From Vicugna vicugna (Eukaryota), in the NCBI GenBank assembly GCA_013265495.1, contig MU058591.1, positions 62,001-126,000 of the forward strand: a stretch of DNA of 64,000 nucleotides. The letters run 5' to 3'. The translations under genes and the position numbers were made by a program. The first letter of the stretch is position 1, and every line of letters starts with the position of its first letter. The notes below the pieces were generated by a model. That model had not been told where the DNA came from. It did no database searches and saw only the letters and a list, made by a program, of their open reading frames with translations. Positions 13,111 to 25,710 of the stretch are shown here, piece by piece.

Positions 13111-15970
13111 TATACTTTGCAAACTGACACTAACATAAACTGTATATATAATTTTTATCATATATATAAACTATGAGATGCTATGGCGAATATAATAAAA
13201 TATAGATTTAAAATCCCAATTTCATCAATTTAAGTGAGAAAAAATTTCTGTCAGAGTCAATGAGCAAGGTAGCGCTGAGGAAAGTAAATTCTCTTCGATC
13301 CATAGCTTTTTCATCTCTGATAATGTCTTCTAAGAGAAAATATAAATTTTTATATTTTAAGAAATAGAAATCATTTATAGAATCATTCAAAATGGTGAAA
13401 TAATAATGTGGGTCTTTCTGTCTCTTGTCCTCCCCATCTATGCCTCATTTCTGGGCAACTTATATTTTAAGCACTCTTCTATCAGAGATTCTCTTCCTAT
13501 CCAAATCTTGATGAGTTTCCATCCATCACTGGTTTTTCATGTCTTAAGCCTTGCAACTAATCTAAAACCAATGCCTTCATAAAGAAGAAATTTCTGATAA
13601 TAAGAATATATGGGAGAGGCTAGTTAGGGAATGAGAAGGCTTAGTCAAAGGAAATCATCTTTCAAGAGATATCATCATGATTTCTTCATAGGGGATCAGT
13701 CTATTACAGTAGAGAGAAATATTGTTGTTTTATAAATATTATTAGTCATTGATTATTTGGCCTGTTAAAGAATGAGTCAGATTTTGATTTAAGTACACAG
13801 ACTGCTCAAAATTCTTTTCCGTCACTCATTTCCCCCCACTATTCTGTTATATTATCAAAAAAAATCACTACTTAAACTCCTGAGAAAATTATTTTTTAAT
13901 AAGACAAAAAACCTTAATTTTTTATTTTATATATATATATATATATATAAATTTATAAAGTAGAATAATTTTGAAGAGCTTTCCACAGGGCACTATTACC
14001 AAAAAAAAAAAAAAAAAACTTTAATTATGTTGTAAAGGTCTAGTATTCCAGAAAAATGTCACTTCAAAATAAACTTCAAACAATTAATTATCAGTTATAT
14101 TTAAGTTGTACAAAAATTAAATTTTACCATATAATCCTGTGATCATTTTATTGCTTTTGTAGACATTTCAATATTTTAGGGTTTTCAAATAACAATGAAA
14201 AAGGCTTGCCGAGTCCAGGTCTTAGCTTTGTATGAAAAACCATATCACATTCTTGTGCTTTGTTTTACAGACCTTTAAAAAAAATGAGCAAAATGGTGTA
14301 TTATCACCAAGAAATAAACATCTAATTATAGTGTAATTTAAGCTTTTAAAGTCCCAACAATTAGTTGTATTAAGTATGCAATATAATAACCAACTCAAAA
14401 AAATAGTATTTCTCAGTTTCTATCATAGCTTAGCCAATAACAGCTATTTCAGAAGTGAAATTCAATAAATAATTTAAAGTTTAATAGCAGATGCGTTTTT
14501 TCAGATGAAGGGATAAATATTATGTATTATTAACCTTATACATGTAATGTAAAGATTATATAAAATACACTATACAGATGAAAATGCAAAAACTTTTATT
14601 GAGAAGAAGAGTAAGTACTTCTTATCAGTTTGAATACTTAGTAGGAATTTGATTACTAGCCAAATTGAAATAGAATAGTAAGGAGCCGTTTTCTCATATG
14701 GATTCCCGCTGGTGGAACTGTGTCATCAGAACTTATATTTCCCAAATTCTCATCTTCATCAGCTTCTCATGAAAACAATGATTTCTAATTCTCATGTAGA
14801 CTCACAGGTAAATGAAGTAGTTAACATTATTTGTCCAAAGATGTGAATATTTTTAGTAGAAAATGTTGTGAATTTAGAGGTATAAAGTCTAGATACTTCT
14901 CATTTAAATCTCTCTCTTTTCTTACTGATGCCAGAGGGATAGTACTAGGTGTCTGTGTCCTGTGCCCTACAGTCTTGAACACCCACAAGTAGTCAAAGAT
15001 CAAGGGGTATCAGTTAGGTTTGTATAGCCAGTTGTGCTGCTATTATTTTCAAAAAGAGCTTCTGTAACAGTATGTAGATATCATAAACCTCTATGTGCTC
15101 AAAAAGTCCCTCTTAATTTTAAGGATATCAACATTTGATAAGTAATATTATATAGCATAGTTTTAGAATAAAATACATACATTTCAGCTTCAACCCTAAT
15201 CACTGATGAATGACAATTGCAGTAAACTGACTTTGGTTCATTAGTACTGAGAAAAAAATTGTAAGTATATCAATGTTTGTGAGCACTTAAAATGGCAGGT
15301 TTATGTTTATTAAGAACATACAGAACAGAATATAGGTTGATCTTCAAAATACTTAAGATGGGTAAACATGGTCCTAGCTAAAAAATGAAAGTTAAAATTA
15401 AGTTTAAACCTGAAGTACCCAAGGGAGATTTTTCTGTAGTTCTAGATAATAATCAGCCATCAAAATGCCAGGAATATGGAGAGGGTAGGAAAAATAATTC
15501 AGTAAGACAACTGATGAATGTAGGAATACAATCATACGTTGAGAATTCCGTGACTGAGATAAATATCTAAAATTTTGTCACTTCCATGAGTTGAACTATC
15601 TACAGCCGATTGCTCAACAGCTTTGACAAGGCTTTGCAAGCAGAGAAATTCTTGTAATAACTTCACATTTGGGGTCTGAGAATCCCTACCGCACAATAAA
15701 GATCTCTTTCCTTTATAAAAGCCAAGGAGTGAAGCCAAGTACGAAAATATCAAAAGATTCTTATTTTCTTAACCTTTCCTTGTCACTTTCTTTCTGTGTC
15801 CTGGGTCTAAGGGGTGAGAAGAAGAGAGAGCCTTATTAAAGCAAGGAATCACAAGTGGATGCTGGTATTTCTTCTCATTTGTTTCTCCATCCAGCATGCG
15901 GTTACAAGGCCTGGTCCAGGAAGACTAGAGAACACTGGCGGCAGAACTGAAATTCCCTCCCTCCCAGGAC

Positions 15971-16747
15971 GGTTACCCACCCGCCCAAGTCCATCCCTAA
16001 CAAAGGGTCCTTCTGCCTGGTGTCTCTGGAGCCAAGAGAACGCGACCAAGTTCAGTTAAGAAATTGACACTACTGACTACACTTAAATTTTTTAGAAGTT
16101 AAAAAAAAAATTTTAAACAAGAAAAAAGCAAAAGGGAAGCTTTATTCTTTGACCAAAGAAGGGCGAGGTGCACAGGCCCAAGCTCTGGCTCTCAGGTACA
16201 CGCTCTCCCTGACGGGCCGCTGGCGGGGCCGCTTCATCGGTTCTCCTCAGAAGGGAGAGGGTGGAGTCGTCGCGCGGCGGGCACAGCTGTGCTGCTCAGG
16301 TGCTCACTGCAGACAGAAGTGCCCGGGGCAGCGTCTTTGCGCGACGCCTCCGTCTAGAACTGCAGCGTCGCCTCTCTGTCGCCATCCTGAATCGAGGTGT
16401 GGTGCGCGAAGCTTCTGCACAAGGGTGCCGGCTTGAATTGCAGCCTCCGGTGCAGAGCTCCTGCGCATGCTCCGTGTCGCCATCCCGACGGAGGTGTCGT
16501 GCACAGCGATTCGCCATACGGCACGCCGCCGCCGTCCGCATTACAGCGTCGTGTCGAGTCTCCACACAGCGCGGAGCTGAGCTGTCGCCAGCGTTTTCCG
16601 GCTTGAAGCTCTTGGCTGAAGTGGGAGGCCTCTGCCCGCCACCCCTGTGAGCAAGTGCAATTATGCTGAGCACAGAAGAAAAGAACAAAAAGTTAGACTT
16701 TATTTTATTTCTCAGTTTATATTTTTATTCCCTGGGGCGTGTTAATG
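15971..16747 (-). mobile_element. Probable solo ERV LTR (ERV1-like, family unassigned)
   Basis: The minus strand reads ...TTAACACGCCCCAGGGAATAAAAAT..., then a GC-rich U3-like block with internal repeats, AATAAAGCTTCCCTTTTGC (poly(A) signal, + TTTATT 16141-16146), and a U5-like GAACTTGGTCGCGTTCTCTTGG...GACACCAGGCAGAAGGACCC...GGGTAAC. The layout resembles laurasiatherian ERV1 LTRs from memory. Termini are degenerate and no clear TSD is visible. Confidence 0.55.
16160..16640. promoter_or_regulatory. CpG island
   Basis: About 49 CpGs in ~480 bp by hand count, strongly GC-rich, in a window otherwise CpG-depleted. Confidence 0.85.
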
Positions 16748-17849
16748 GGCTTTGCCAGTGACAATACCACTAACCTTATGACAGGCTCTGCACTGTGTAT
16801 TATTTCATTTCTGTTTCAAGGTTGACGGACAGATAGCACAAATTACCTTTTGTTCAAAGATGAAGTAATTTCTCTGAGCTCTCAAGAATAGTTATGATTC
16901 CTCCACAGAAGTCAAAAAAATCTTAAAATGTTTTCAGCCCCAACTTTGTCATAACATCAAAATTGTTCAAGGCATAATTGAATATAGGTAAAAACGTTGG
17001 TAACCCCATCACAAAAGGGCATAACAGTGTTGCCATGATAATAAATATAAAATAATTTGATGAGGAATGGAAAGAACAGAATAATCAGAGTAGCCTGGCT
17101 TGTTTTGGAATATGAATCTGATAACTTTAGAAACTAAACTTAGGAATATTTAAATAGTTTCAGTTTTGTACTGTTTACATATGATTGATTGCTTTATCTT
17201 ATAGTTATGCTATATTGTGTTTGCATTCTTTTAAGATCAAGAAAAATACAGTAAAGAAAGTAACAGTGTAGCACAAAATTTTAACATTTTCAAAGGAATT
17301 TATTCATTTGTATCATCAGTGTATCTTGTGCATTGTGCAATGTTTTGGACTTTTCAAATCCTATAAACCAGCTGTTCTATTTTCAGAGCACATTATCCAC
17401 CTCCCCCCAGTTTTATGTGCACATCAACTCAGAAACCATTATATCCACTTTTAATTCCCTACTACTTATCTTTACCTCTTTTTTTCCTCATTTCCTATCC
17501 TAGTATAATTAAAGAAATGGTATAATAAATATTCCTGTGACAAGTATGTCTGGTCAACGTTTCGGGTTTGAGAATTTCTCTCTGATTTCTAGTTTATTCT
17601 GCCAATTGTAGAGTCTGGAGACAAATATTTACCAGTATTCTCAGAAAATTAAAATATTGAGAATTTATTGCTTCTAGGAGAGATTTTTGCAGTTGCTTTT
17701 TAGCATTGAAATATTATATATATATAATATATATATATATATAATGACACCTGCAAGAGTAGTTTGATAAATGATTGTGAAGAAATAGCTGTAATTCCCA
17801 CATGGGAAAAAAAAGCATAGAAGCACAGAAACAGAAAGAGAGAGAGATA

Positions 17850-18460
17850 ATTCTAATGCATTTTTACACATTGCGACTTCCTCTGTCTCTTTCTTTTATT
17901 TCTACTTTAACAACTATGTTAGCTTCCCTAAATAATATAGTTTAGTATTGCCTATTTCTGAACTTTATATAATTGGGATCATATGTGTATTTTGTTGTGG
18001 ACTTTTTTCCTTTAAATTTTATTTGAAAGGTTTATCTAAGGTGTAATTTTGCATTTTTATTTTGTATAACGATCAATCATTTGACATGTATTTAGATATT
18101 GTGAAGGACCAATTGTGGCCGAGGCGCTGTGAATTTATATGCCCTAGTGAATGCGTTCTTCTGTGCTATATACCTGTGAATGGAGATCCTGTGTCATAGC
18201 TCATCTGCATTTTCAAGTGCACTCGATAATACTAAACCTTTTTAAAAGTGATTTTATCCAGTAAAATTTACGCTAAAATTGAGTAAGCACTGACTTTCTC
18301 CTGTGCACTTACCTACATGTCAAGCAATCCTGTTTTAAAATAATTTCCTCTTCTTTATGTGACATTTTAATTTATTTTTTCAAGTCTTATCAGTGAAATA
18401 GAACATTTTTCGTACTTTGATTGACTGTATCTATTAGCCTATTTCCTATCCCTATTTTTA
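17850..18460 (-). mobile_element. Decayed L1ME-like 3' fragment
   Basis: TTGCCTATTTCTGAACTTTATATAATTGG...TATACCTGTGAATGGAGAT, an antisense L1 3' pattern. Confidence 0.55.
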
Positions 18461-21400
18461 TTGGCATTTCCAGCTGTTGCTTATGCTGCGCTTATTAGAA
18501 CCTGTTTCTGCTCTGGATTAATAGATGAGTTCTTAGCAATGTGTGTGAAAATTGTCCACAAAGGGAGCTCTTCTAGTTTTAGGGCTTCACAATTCATATC
18601 CTATTAGTTACAAAGATGAAAATGTTTATGTGACTACCACTCATCCTGTACCCAGCACTGCCCCATAATTTTAAATTTATTTGTAATACACAATTTAAAG
18701 AGACTGGCTATGTCCTTCTAAAAAGCATTTTTTTGTTTAAAGATAATGAATCCTTAAATCTTTCTGCTGGTGAATATTAAAGCATTATACAAGGAGACTG
18801 GTTGAGATCAGTAATTCCTTGGGGAATACTTGAGTCTAGCAGGGCCGAGTCACAGACCTGCTGTTAATCCTTTCCTTCCCTCTAAAGTGTAAATGTGAAG
18901 GACTGGAAATACCCTTAAGACGTCAGCATATTCAGTGCTCTGATAATTCTCCTACATTTCTGGTTACAGGCTTTCATGCAGGGGGAGAAATAGCCAGGGG
19001 ATGTGCCTTTATAGATATTAAGTTAATTTTTAGCAATACTTTAGCAAATTTTTTATTGTTTTGAGCTGGAGGGCTAATCCAAATAAATAACTTGGCATAC
19101 CTTTAGAGGAAACCAGATACAGAAGGAGCTTATAACTCAGACTGGAGATTTTGCTTATAACTCAGACTGGAGACTACAAACCCCTATATTGAACCACTAG
19201 ACAGTTCTCTCTGATGTTGTATACACTTGCTCCATCATCATCTGAACAGCTTCCCAACTTGCTGGAATTTCACAGCTGTACATGCCCCAGATGAAGCTAG
19301 TCTCAGGAAACCCAGCCCTCCACATTAGCCTTCCAACTCCTGGTAATGAAGTTTTCCGACAGGAATTAATTATGACAAGGAAATGCAGCTGCAGCATATT
19401 CAGCCTTGCTGAGATCCAATTTGAAAACAGTGTTGTTTCTTCCATCCACTGAAATTCATTCATCCCACAAGACAAAGATGGATTATTTCCAAGCTACTTC
19501 AGGATGAGGTAGAGAAATGTATTAATAGTCAAAAACAAAACATGCAAATATAAAAACCTATAGATTCATAACTTGAATGTCTTTATAAACAACACAAAAA
19601 AAATTTTTAAATGCCTTTGCTATGTGTGTCTTTTTTCTCTTGTTACCTCTTTTTTTAATAGGGCTCACATTTTTTCCTACTAAGTCATTTTCTTAAGCTA
19701 ACTTTCTTTTCCTTTCTCAAAAACAATATTGATATTTTTTACTTCTCAAATATAAAATACATAACTCCATATGATTTAGTTAAATATTGCTAGTGTGTTA
19801 GTATGTTACATCTTAAATAATGCACATTGCATTTATTTTTAGTAGTCCAAATGTAAGAATGTATTGTGGTGGGTACCTCTTATGAAAAGCTTCAGGAGCA
19901 ACCAAGGGTAAAGCGACTATTAAATGAGAAATTGTTACATAAAGGAAAAATTTATTACTGGACAATTTTCTGTAAGTGTTACTTCCTGAATTCAATGATT
20001 TCTGCCCTTTCTTTTCCTTTACTTACCTATGTATTGAGTCACTGTCTCGAATTCTAGTAATTCCTTAGCTACTAAATATGTGGCGTTTTCTAAAGAAATG
20101 TATCAAAATATGAATTTTTTTCAATGGAAAAACCTGTGATGATTTTTATCATGAACAGCCGTTTATAGATGAAAACAAAATGCAGTTAGAGAATTACCAG
20201 TTCTTTTATAGATTAATTTTACTCCCTTTGAGTGAATTTACATGGCAGCTAATTGGTATTCCCAAGTATTAATTACATTTATAAAACCTGTACTACTATA
20301 GAGTACCTTTGACATGCTATGCAACTTGGACTCAGTGGGTTGAGTCTTTACTTATATCTGCTAAAACTTCACTTCCATCCTCTGTAGAGTCTTCTTAGAT
20401 TAGTAACACAGAAGTTAAGAACTTTTCTTCCAAAATATATACACCTTATATCTGCATACAATTTTATGGTTTTCAAAATGATTTAACATGGATTCTTGAA
20501 TCTCATCAATAACTCTAGAGGTGGGAAGAGCAGGTATTATATTTCTCAATTTGCAAATTAATATACTATGTATAATTAGTGACTTTCATAGGGCACTAGA
20601 GTGTATATATATTAGAGCTAGGAGAACTATGTACTCAGTTTTCCCAAAGCTTGGTATATACATTTTTTAAATATAATTAAGTTGTTTTTCATGTACCTGA
20701 TTCAGTCTCTATCTCCACTGTAGAGATAATCAGATACTTTGTAAAATTTATTAATTCTTGACCTCTATGGTGTGTGATTAGATAATACATCATAACTATT
20801 ATATTGTTGAAATTCTGTCTACTCTGTTTTTCAAAGATGTGCATTTTTAGTTGTCAGATTTGGTTTATATTTTCATTACAGAAGGTGATATGTTGTATAA
20901 CACAGGGAGAATATCTAGGTTGCATAATCACAGAATAATGCAATTTTAGTAGACTAGGTATTTGTAGTTTTTTAATGCCCAGTTTTCTATTTGTATGTGT
21001 TACCTTTTGAATGATCCCACATTATCAGTCAGTGTAGTGCATTTTGATCCCCTGACAGTATAAAGGTTAATAGATGACCTAATGCTGGCCAGTTTGAGTC
21101 CCTCACCTGCCTGGCTCTAGCAGTGGTTTCAGGATGGGCACGTGAGCTACAATAGTTCATTCATCATTAGTCTAAAACCATTGCCAAAGCTTTTAAGAAG
21201 TTTGTGTTAATCAAGATTTTCTAGAGAAGCAGAGCCATCAAGATGTGGGGTTATATAGAAAGGAACAATACTGACCCTGGTTAACAATTGTTCCCAGAAA
21301 ATAGGAAGTGTAGTTGAAATTAACATGTGAGGATTGCAAGACTTGGAGTCTGAAAAATGTTGCAGAGAAGTGGAGAAATAGGCAGCACTTGGTTCTATAG

Positions 21401-21935
21401 AAGCTTAAGTAGGAAGGCCATGGAATACATAAAAGATACAAAGATATACCTTCCTGGGTAAAATTAGACTCATGAGAAACACTTCCTATTCATGCCAGTG
21501 TATCAGAAGTGAACTTTTAGAGATCTACTTTAGGTAAATACTTTTCTAGAAGATTAGAAATGGGTAAGCAGATGAAAAGTCTCTCATGCTTCCCACTGCT
21601 AAACTCGTACCTGATAAGATATCATCTCTCCTAGTGTGTTCACTCATGAGACAGCTTTGAAAAATCAAGTCCTTTGCTGGACCCCAGGATTTTAGAACTT
21701 AGTATTAAGAGGAAAACTCAGATTTACTGAGTCTTCACCATGTAGAATTAGGTAAACACATGTAGTCTTCAGAATAACACTTTGAAGTAAGAAAGCTGAA
21801 GGGAATGGGAATGGGAAATCTGAAAGTTGAGATAATAATATAACGGGCCTTGAGTCATCTGGTTTCAACTTATATCTTCCATTTATTCCTATCAATTTCC
21901 TACCTTGCTCTTTTTTTTTACCCACTGCCGGTAGA

Positions 21936-22802
21936 AATTATTTATTTAATTCAAGTAGAGTTGATATACAATATTATATACGTTACAGATGTACAATATA
22001 GTGATTCACAATTTGTAAAAGTTATACTCCATTTATAGTTTTATGAAATACTGACTAAATACCCCTTGTTGTACAATGTATCCTTGAAGCTTATTTTATA
22101 CCTAATAGTTTGTACCTCTTAATCCCCTAACCCCTGCCTTCCCTGTCCCCACTGATAATCCCTATATCTATGAATCTGCTTTTTTGTTATATTCACTAGT
22201 TTGTTGTAATTTTTAGATTCTACATATAAGTGATATCATATAATATTTGTCTTTCTCTGTCTGACATATTTCAATTAGCATAATACCTTCCAGGTCTATC
22301 CGTGTTGTTGCAAATGGCAAAAATTTTTTTTTATGGCTGAGCAGTATTCCACTGTGTATGTGTGTGTGTGTGTGTCTGTGTGTGTGTATCTTCTTTATCC
22401 ATCTGTTGATGGACATTTAGGTTATGGACATGTCTTGGTAATTATAAATAATGCTGCTGGGAACATTGAGGTATATGTATCTTCTCAAATTAGTATTTTC
22501 TTTCTTTTTTTTTTCAGACATATGCCCAAGAGTAGAATTGCTGGGTCATTTGGTAGTTCTATTTTTAATTCTTTGAGAAACCTCCAAACTGTTTCCCACA
22601 GTGGCAGCACCAGTTTACATTCCCACCAACAGAGACTTCCTTTTTCTCCACATCCTTGCCAACATTTGTTATTTAAGTTCTTTTTGTTGATAGCCATCCT
22701 GATACATTTGAGGTGATATCTTATTGTGGTTTTGATTTTCACTTCCTTGATGATTAGCAATGTTGAGCATCTTTTCATTGCCTGTTGGCCATCTGCATTT
22801 CC
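21936..22802 (-). mobile_element. LINE-1 3' end (ORF2 C-terminus plus 3' UTR), 5'-truncated
   Basis: ORF 22485-22829(-) contains [23 protein letters not shown]...CWQGCGEKG...CWWECKLV...[12 protein letters not shown], the L1 ORF2 Cys-rich C-terminus. ORF 22213-22416 continues it. Confidence 0.92.
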
Positions 22803-22956
22803 TACATTGTTTTTTGTACATAATGCCATTGCAGTTTTAAAAGACTAGTACAGTGTAAACATAACGTTTATATGCACTGGAAACCCCCAGAAAAGTGTGG
22901 CTCACTTTATTTTGAAGGTCTGAATCCAAACTCTCAGTATCTCCAAGGTATGTCTG
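22803..22956 (+). mobile_element. Tigger1 (TcMar-Tigger) DNA transposon 3' terminal fragment
   Basis: CATAATGCCATTGCA...GTGTAAACATAACGTTTATATGCACTGGAAAC...TATCTCCAAGGTATGTCTG followed by TA matches the Tigger1 right end and TA target. Confidence 0.8.
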
Positions 22957-23659
22957 TATATGATAAAATAACAAAATGATGGAGTGGAACAAATAGCTAT
23001 ACTGCAGTTTGTTTATTTTATTTGTGATAGAGTTTAAAGTTCCAAGTGGGACATGTCAAACGTATTGTAAGAAGTGTAGAATGTGATATAAAAAGTGATA
23101 GTATCATGCATGGAATGTGAAGTGGAAAAACATTGACTACACAGAGACTCTGATAAGTTAAGGATGAATAGTGTGAACTTTGAAGCAAATAGTAAAACTA
23201 TACTCCAAAAAGTGCAGCTAGGAAGCCTGTAATAAAATATTAAAAATACATTCCTGACTTCTGAGTAGCTGACAAAATTTATTGCTTCCTAAATCTGTGC
23301 CTCCGAACACAAGAAAACAACACTAACAAAAAGAAGAATAGATAATTTACACAAAAAGATACCCTTAGTATAAACTGCAGGCAGAGAATGGAAAAGATTC
23401 AAAATAACTGTTAAAAAATGGGCAGTGGAAATCACAAAACCCCTGCAAGCACTTTCTCACATACTTTCTGAAAGCTGTTTTGGCAAGTGAGAGCTGTCCA
23501 AGGAAAGCCATGGGGAAGAAAAAAGCAGTGAGCTAGCATCTGGTCTAAAATTGCTTTAAAACCACCAGAGAGAGAAATTCCAGGCTAACTGGTAAGAAAT
23601 TCACCCTTGTAAATAAGATAACAGGGACAAGGCTTTTAATTATCTGTGATTTGAATGCC

Positions 23660-24116
23660 AGTTTTTGAAAGGGGCAGCTAGAAGAGAAAAATCAAAAAGA
23701 GAAGAAAAGAAAAGAAAAGAACAAGCTCCAAATCAACAAAGTAAGCTGAAAGACTTTATGAAAAGTGAAATAATAAAGATAAAAGTAGAAATAAATGGCA
23801 TAGAGAACAGAAAAACAGTAGATTTATTTCCCAAATCAAAACTCTAATTTGCAGGGGAAATAAATTAGAAATAATAAATAAAACAGAAAAAGAACATAGT
23901 TAACTTTATCTATTAAAAAAGGGAGAAAATCAAATATATAAAGATGAAAGGGAAATAATCATTAAAACAACAGATATTCTTTAAAAAATATTGTAAGAAA
24001 ATACTTCAAATTGGTACATAAATGCATTTGAAAACCTAGATTGACCCCACCATAGATTCAAAGTTTGAACATAGGGAGAAATAAAGTTATCAAGAAACTA
24101 CTCCACCAAAAAAGAC
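23660..24116 (+). mobile_element. Decayed LINE-1 ORF2 fragment (5' part, interrupted by MLT2)
   Basis: ORF 23665-23847 has EIIKIKVEINGIENRKT, an L1 ORF2-like segment; also TTTGAAAACCTAGA. Confidence 0.7.
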
Positions 24117-24118
24117 TG

Positions 24119-24621
24119 TGTGATGGTTAATTTTACATGTCAACTCAGCTAGGTCACATGTAGCAGATACTCAGTCAGGCATTATTCTAGATGTTTTTGT
24201 AAAAAACATTTTTTGGATGAAATTAACATTTATATCAGTGGATTTCCAGCAAACGGATTACCCTCGATAGTGTGGGTGAGCCTTATCCAATCAGTTGAAG
24301 TTCTTCATAGAAAAAAAGCTGACCTCCCACCCACCTCTACCAACAAAAAAAAAAAGGAAATTCTGCCAGCAGGTGTCCTTTGTACTTGAACTGCATCATC
24401 AAATCTTCTTGAGTCTTCAATATGATAGCCTAAGATTATAGGGTTCCAAGTCTTTACAATCTTGTAAACCTATTCCTTAATATAATAAATCTCTCCCTCT
24501 TTCCCTCTCTCTCATTTTCCATATCTGTATCTATACACAACACACACACACATACATGCACATGCACACCCCACAAATCCTACTGAGGTTGTGTTTCTTT
24601 GGAGATTCCCAGTAGTGTACA
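24119..24621 (+). mobile_element. MLT2 (ERVL) solo LTR nested in L1
   Basis: TGTGATGGTTAATTTTACATGTCAACT start, ATCCAATCAGTTGAAG, AATAAATCTCTC, (CA)n, TGTTTCTTTGGAGA...TACA end. Confidence 0.88.
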
Positions 24622-25710
24622 AAAAGAATACCAAATGTTTTCACAGAGAAATTCCACCAAGCCTACTATGTTCCACTATGCTGTAAATTGTTTCATAGTT
24701 ACAAAATGAAACTTTCCTAATTTATTTTTGAAGCAAGTATAACATTATTTAAATTTGACAAAGCTAATACAAAAAAAGTAAACAGACATATATCATTTTT
24801 GAGTATAGGTGTAGAAGTACCAAATTAAATATTAAAAAAGAATCCACCACTACATTAAGCTAATAATATGTCATTAACAAAGGAGATTTATTCTAAAAGT
24901 TCAAATTTGATACACTATTAGGGAACTCAGTAATATAATCATTGTTTTAATAGTTTAAGGAAAAAAAATCACAACTATCTACATAGATGCTGAAAATGAT
25001 TTTACAAATATAACACTTACTCCTGGAAAAAAATCACTCAAGAATAGAGGAATTGACAAAATTTTAACACAATACAACATAATCTTAGTTCCAAAGCCAG
25101 CGTCTCAGTTAATCAAAAAACTAAGAAGAAATTTTAAAATTAGGAACAAGGCAAAGATTCAACATTGTGTTAGAAGTATATAACCCAGTGCAATTAAATG
25201 GACCACAATTAGAGTTGTATTATTTTTAATTAAAAAGAAAAGCTACAGCTACTTTCAGATGATGTATGAGTATAGTTGAAAAACCATGGAGAACCAGCAC
25301 AAAAAGTAAATCAACCAAAAATTCAGAGAAGTAGAATGGTAAAAGATTAATATATAGAACTCAATACCCTTCTTATAATAACAATAACTAGTTATCAGAT
25401 GTAATGTGAAAGAAATTTACAATAACAACAAAATGGCTAAGTGCTTAGAGAAAAATTTACAATAAATGTGCAAAACCTTTACAAGGAAATGTTTAAAATA
25501 CTCCTGAACAAGACAATATTAGATTTGAACAAATGGGCAGACATTTCCTGTTCCTTATTAAGATAGCATAATGTCAATATATTAGCTCTATATTAATTCA
25601 TTAATTTAGTGTGATGCTAATAAAAATGCCAGCAGACCTTTTATGGTGCTAAATAAGTTGATACTCAACTTCACATGGAAAAACAAAATGCCAAAAGAGC
25701 CAGGAAATTG
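24622..25710 (+). mobile_element. Decayed LINE-1 ORF2 fragment (continuation)
   Basis: GAAGCAAGTATAAC, ATAGATGCTGAAAA, TTCAACATTGTGTTAGAAGT, TTTCAGATGAT (FADD-like RT motif region) and TTCACATGGAAAAACAAA appear in L1 ORF2 order. Confidence 0.75.

Noticed and set aside
16149..16688. Overlapping 66-130 aa ORFs on both strands of the CpG island, one with RLELQ repeated
   Set aside because: High GC suppresses stop codons, the starts are non-ATG, no protein family is recognisable, and the peptide repeat mirrors the DNA repeats.
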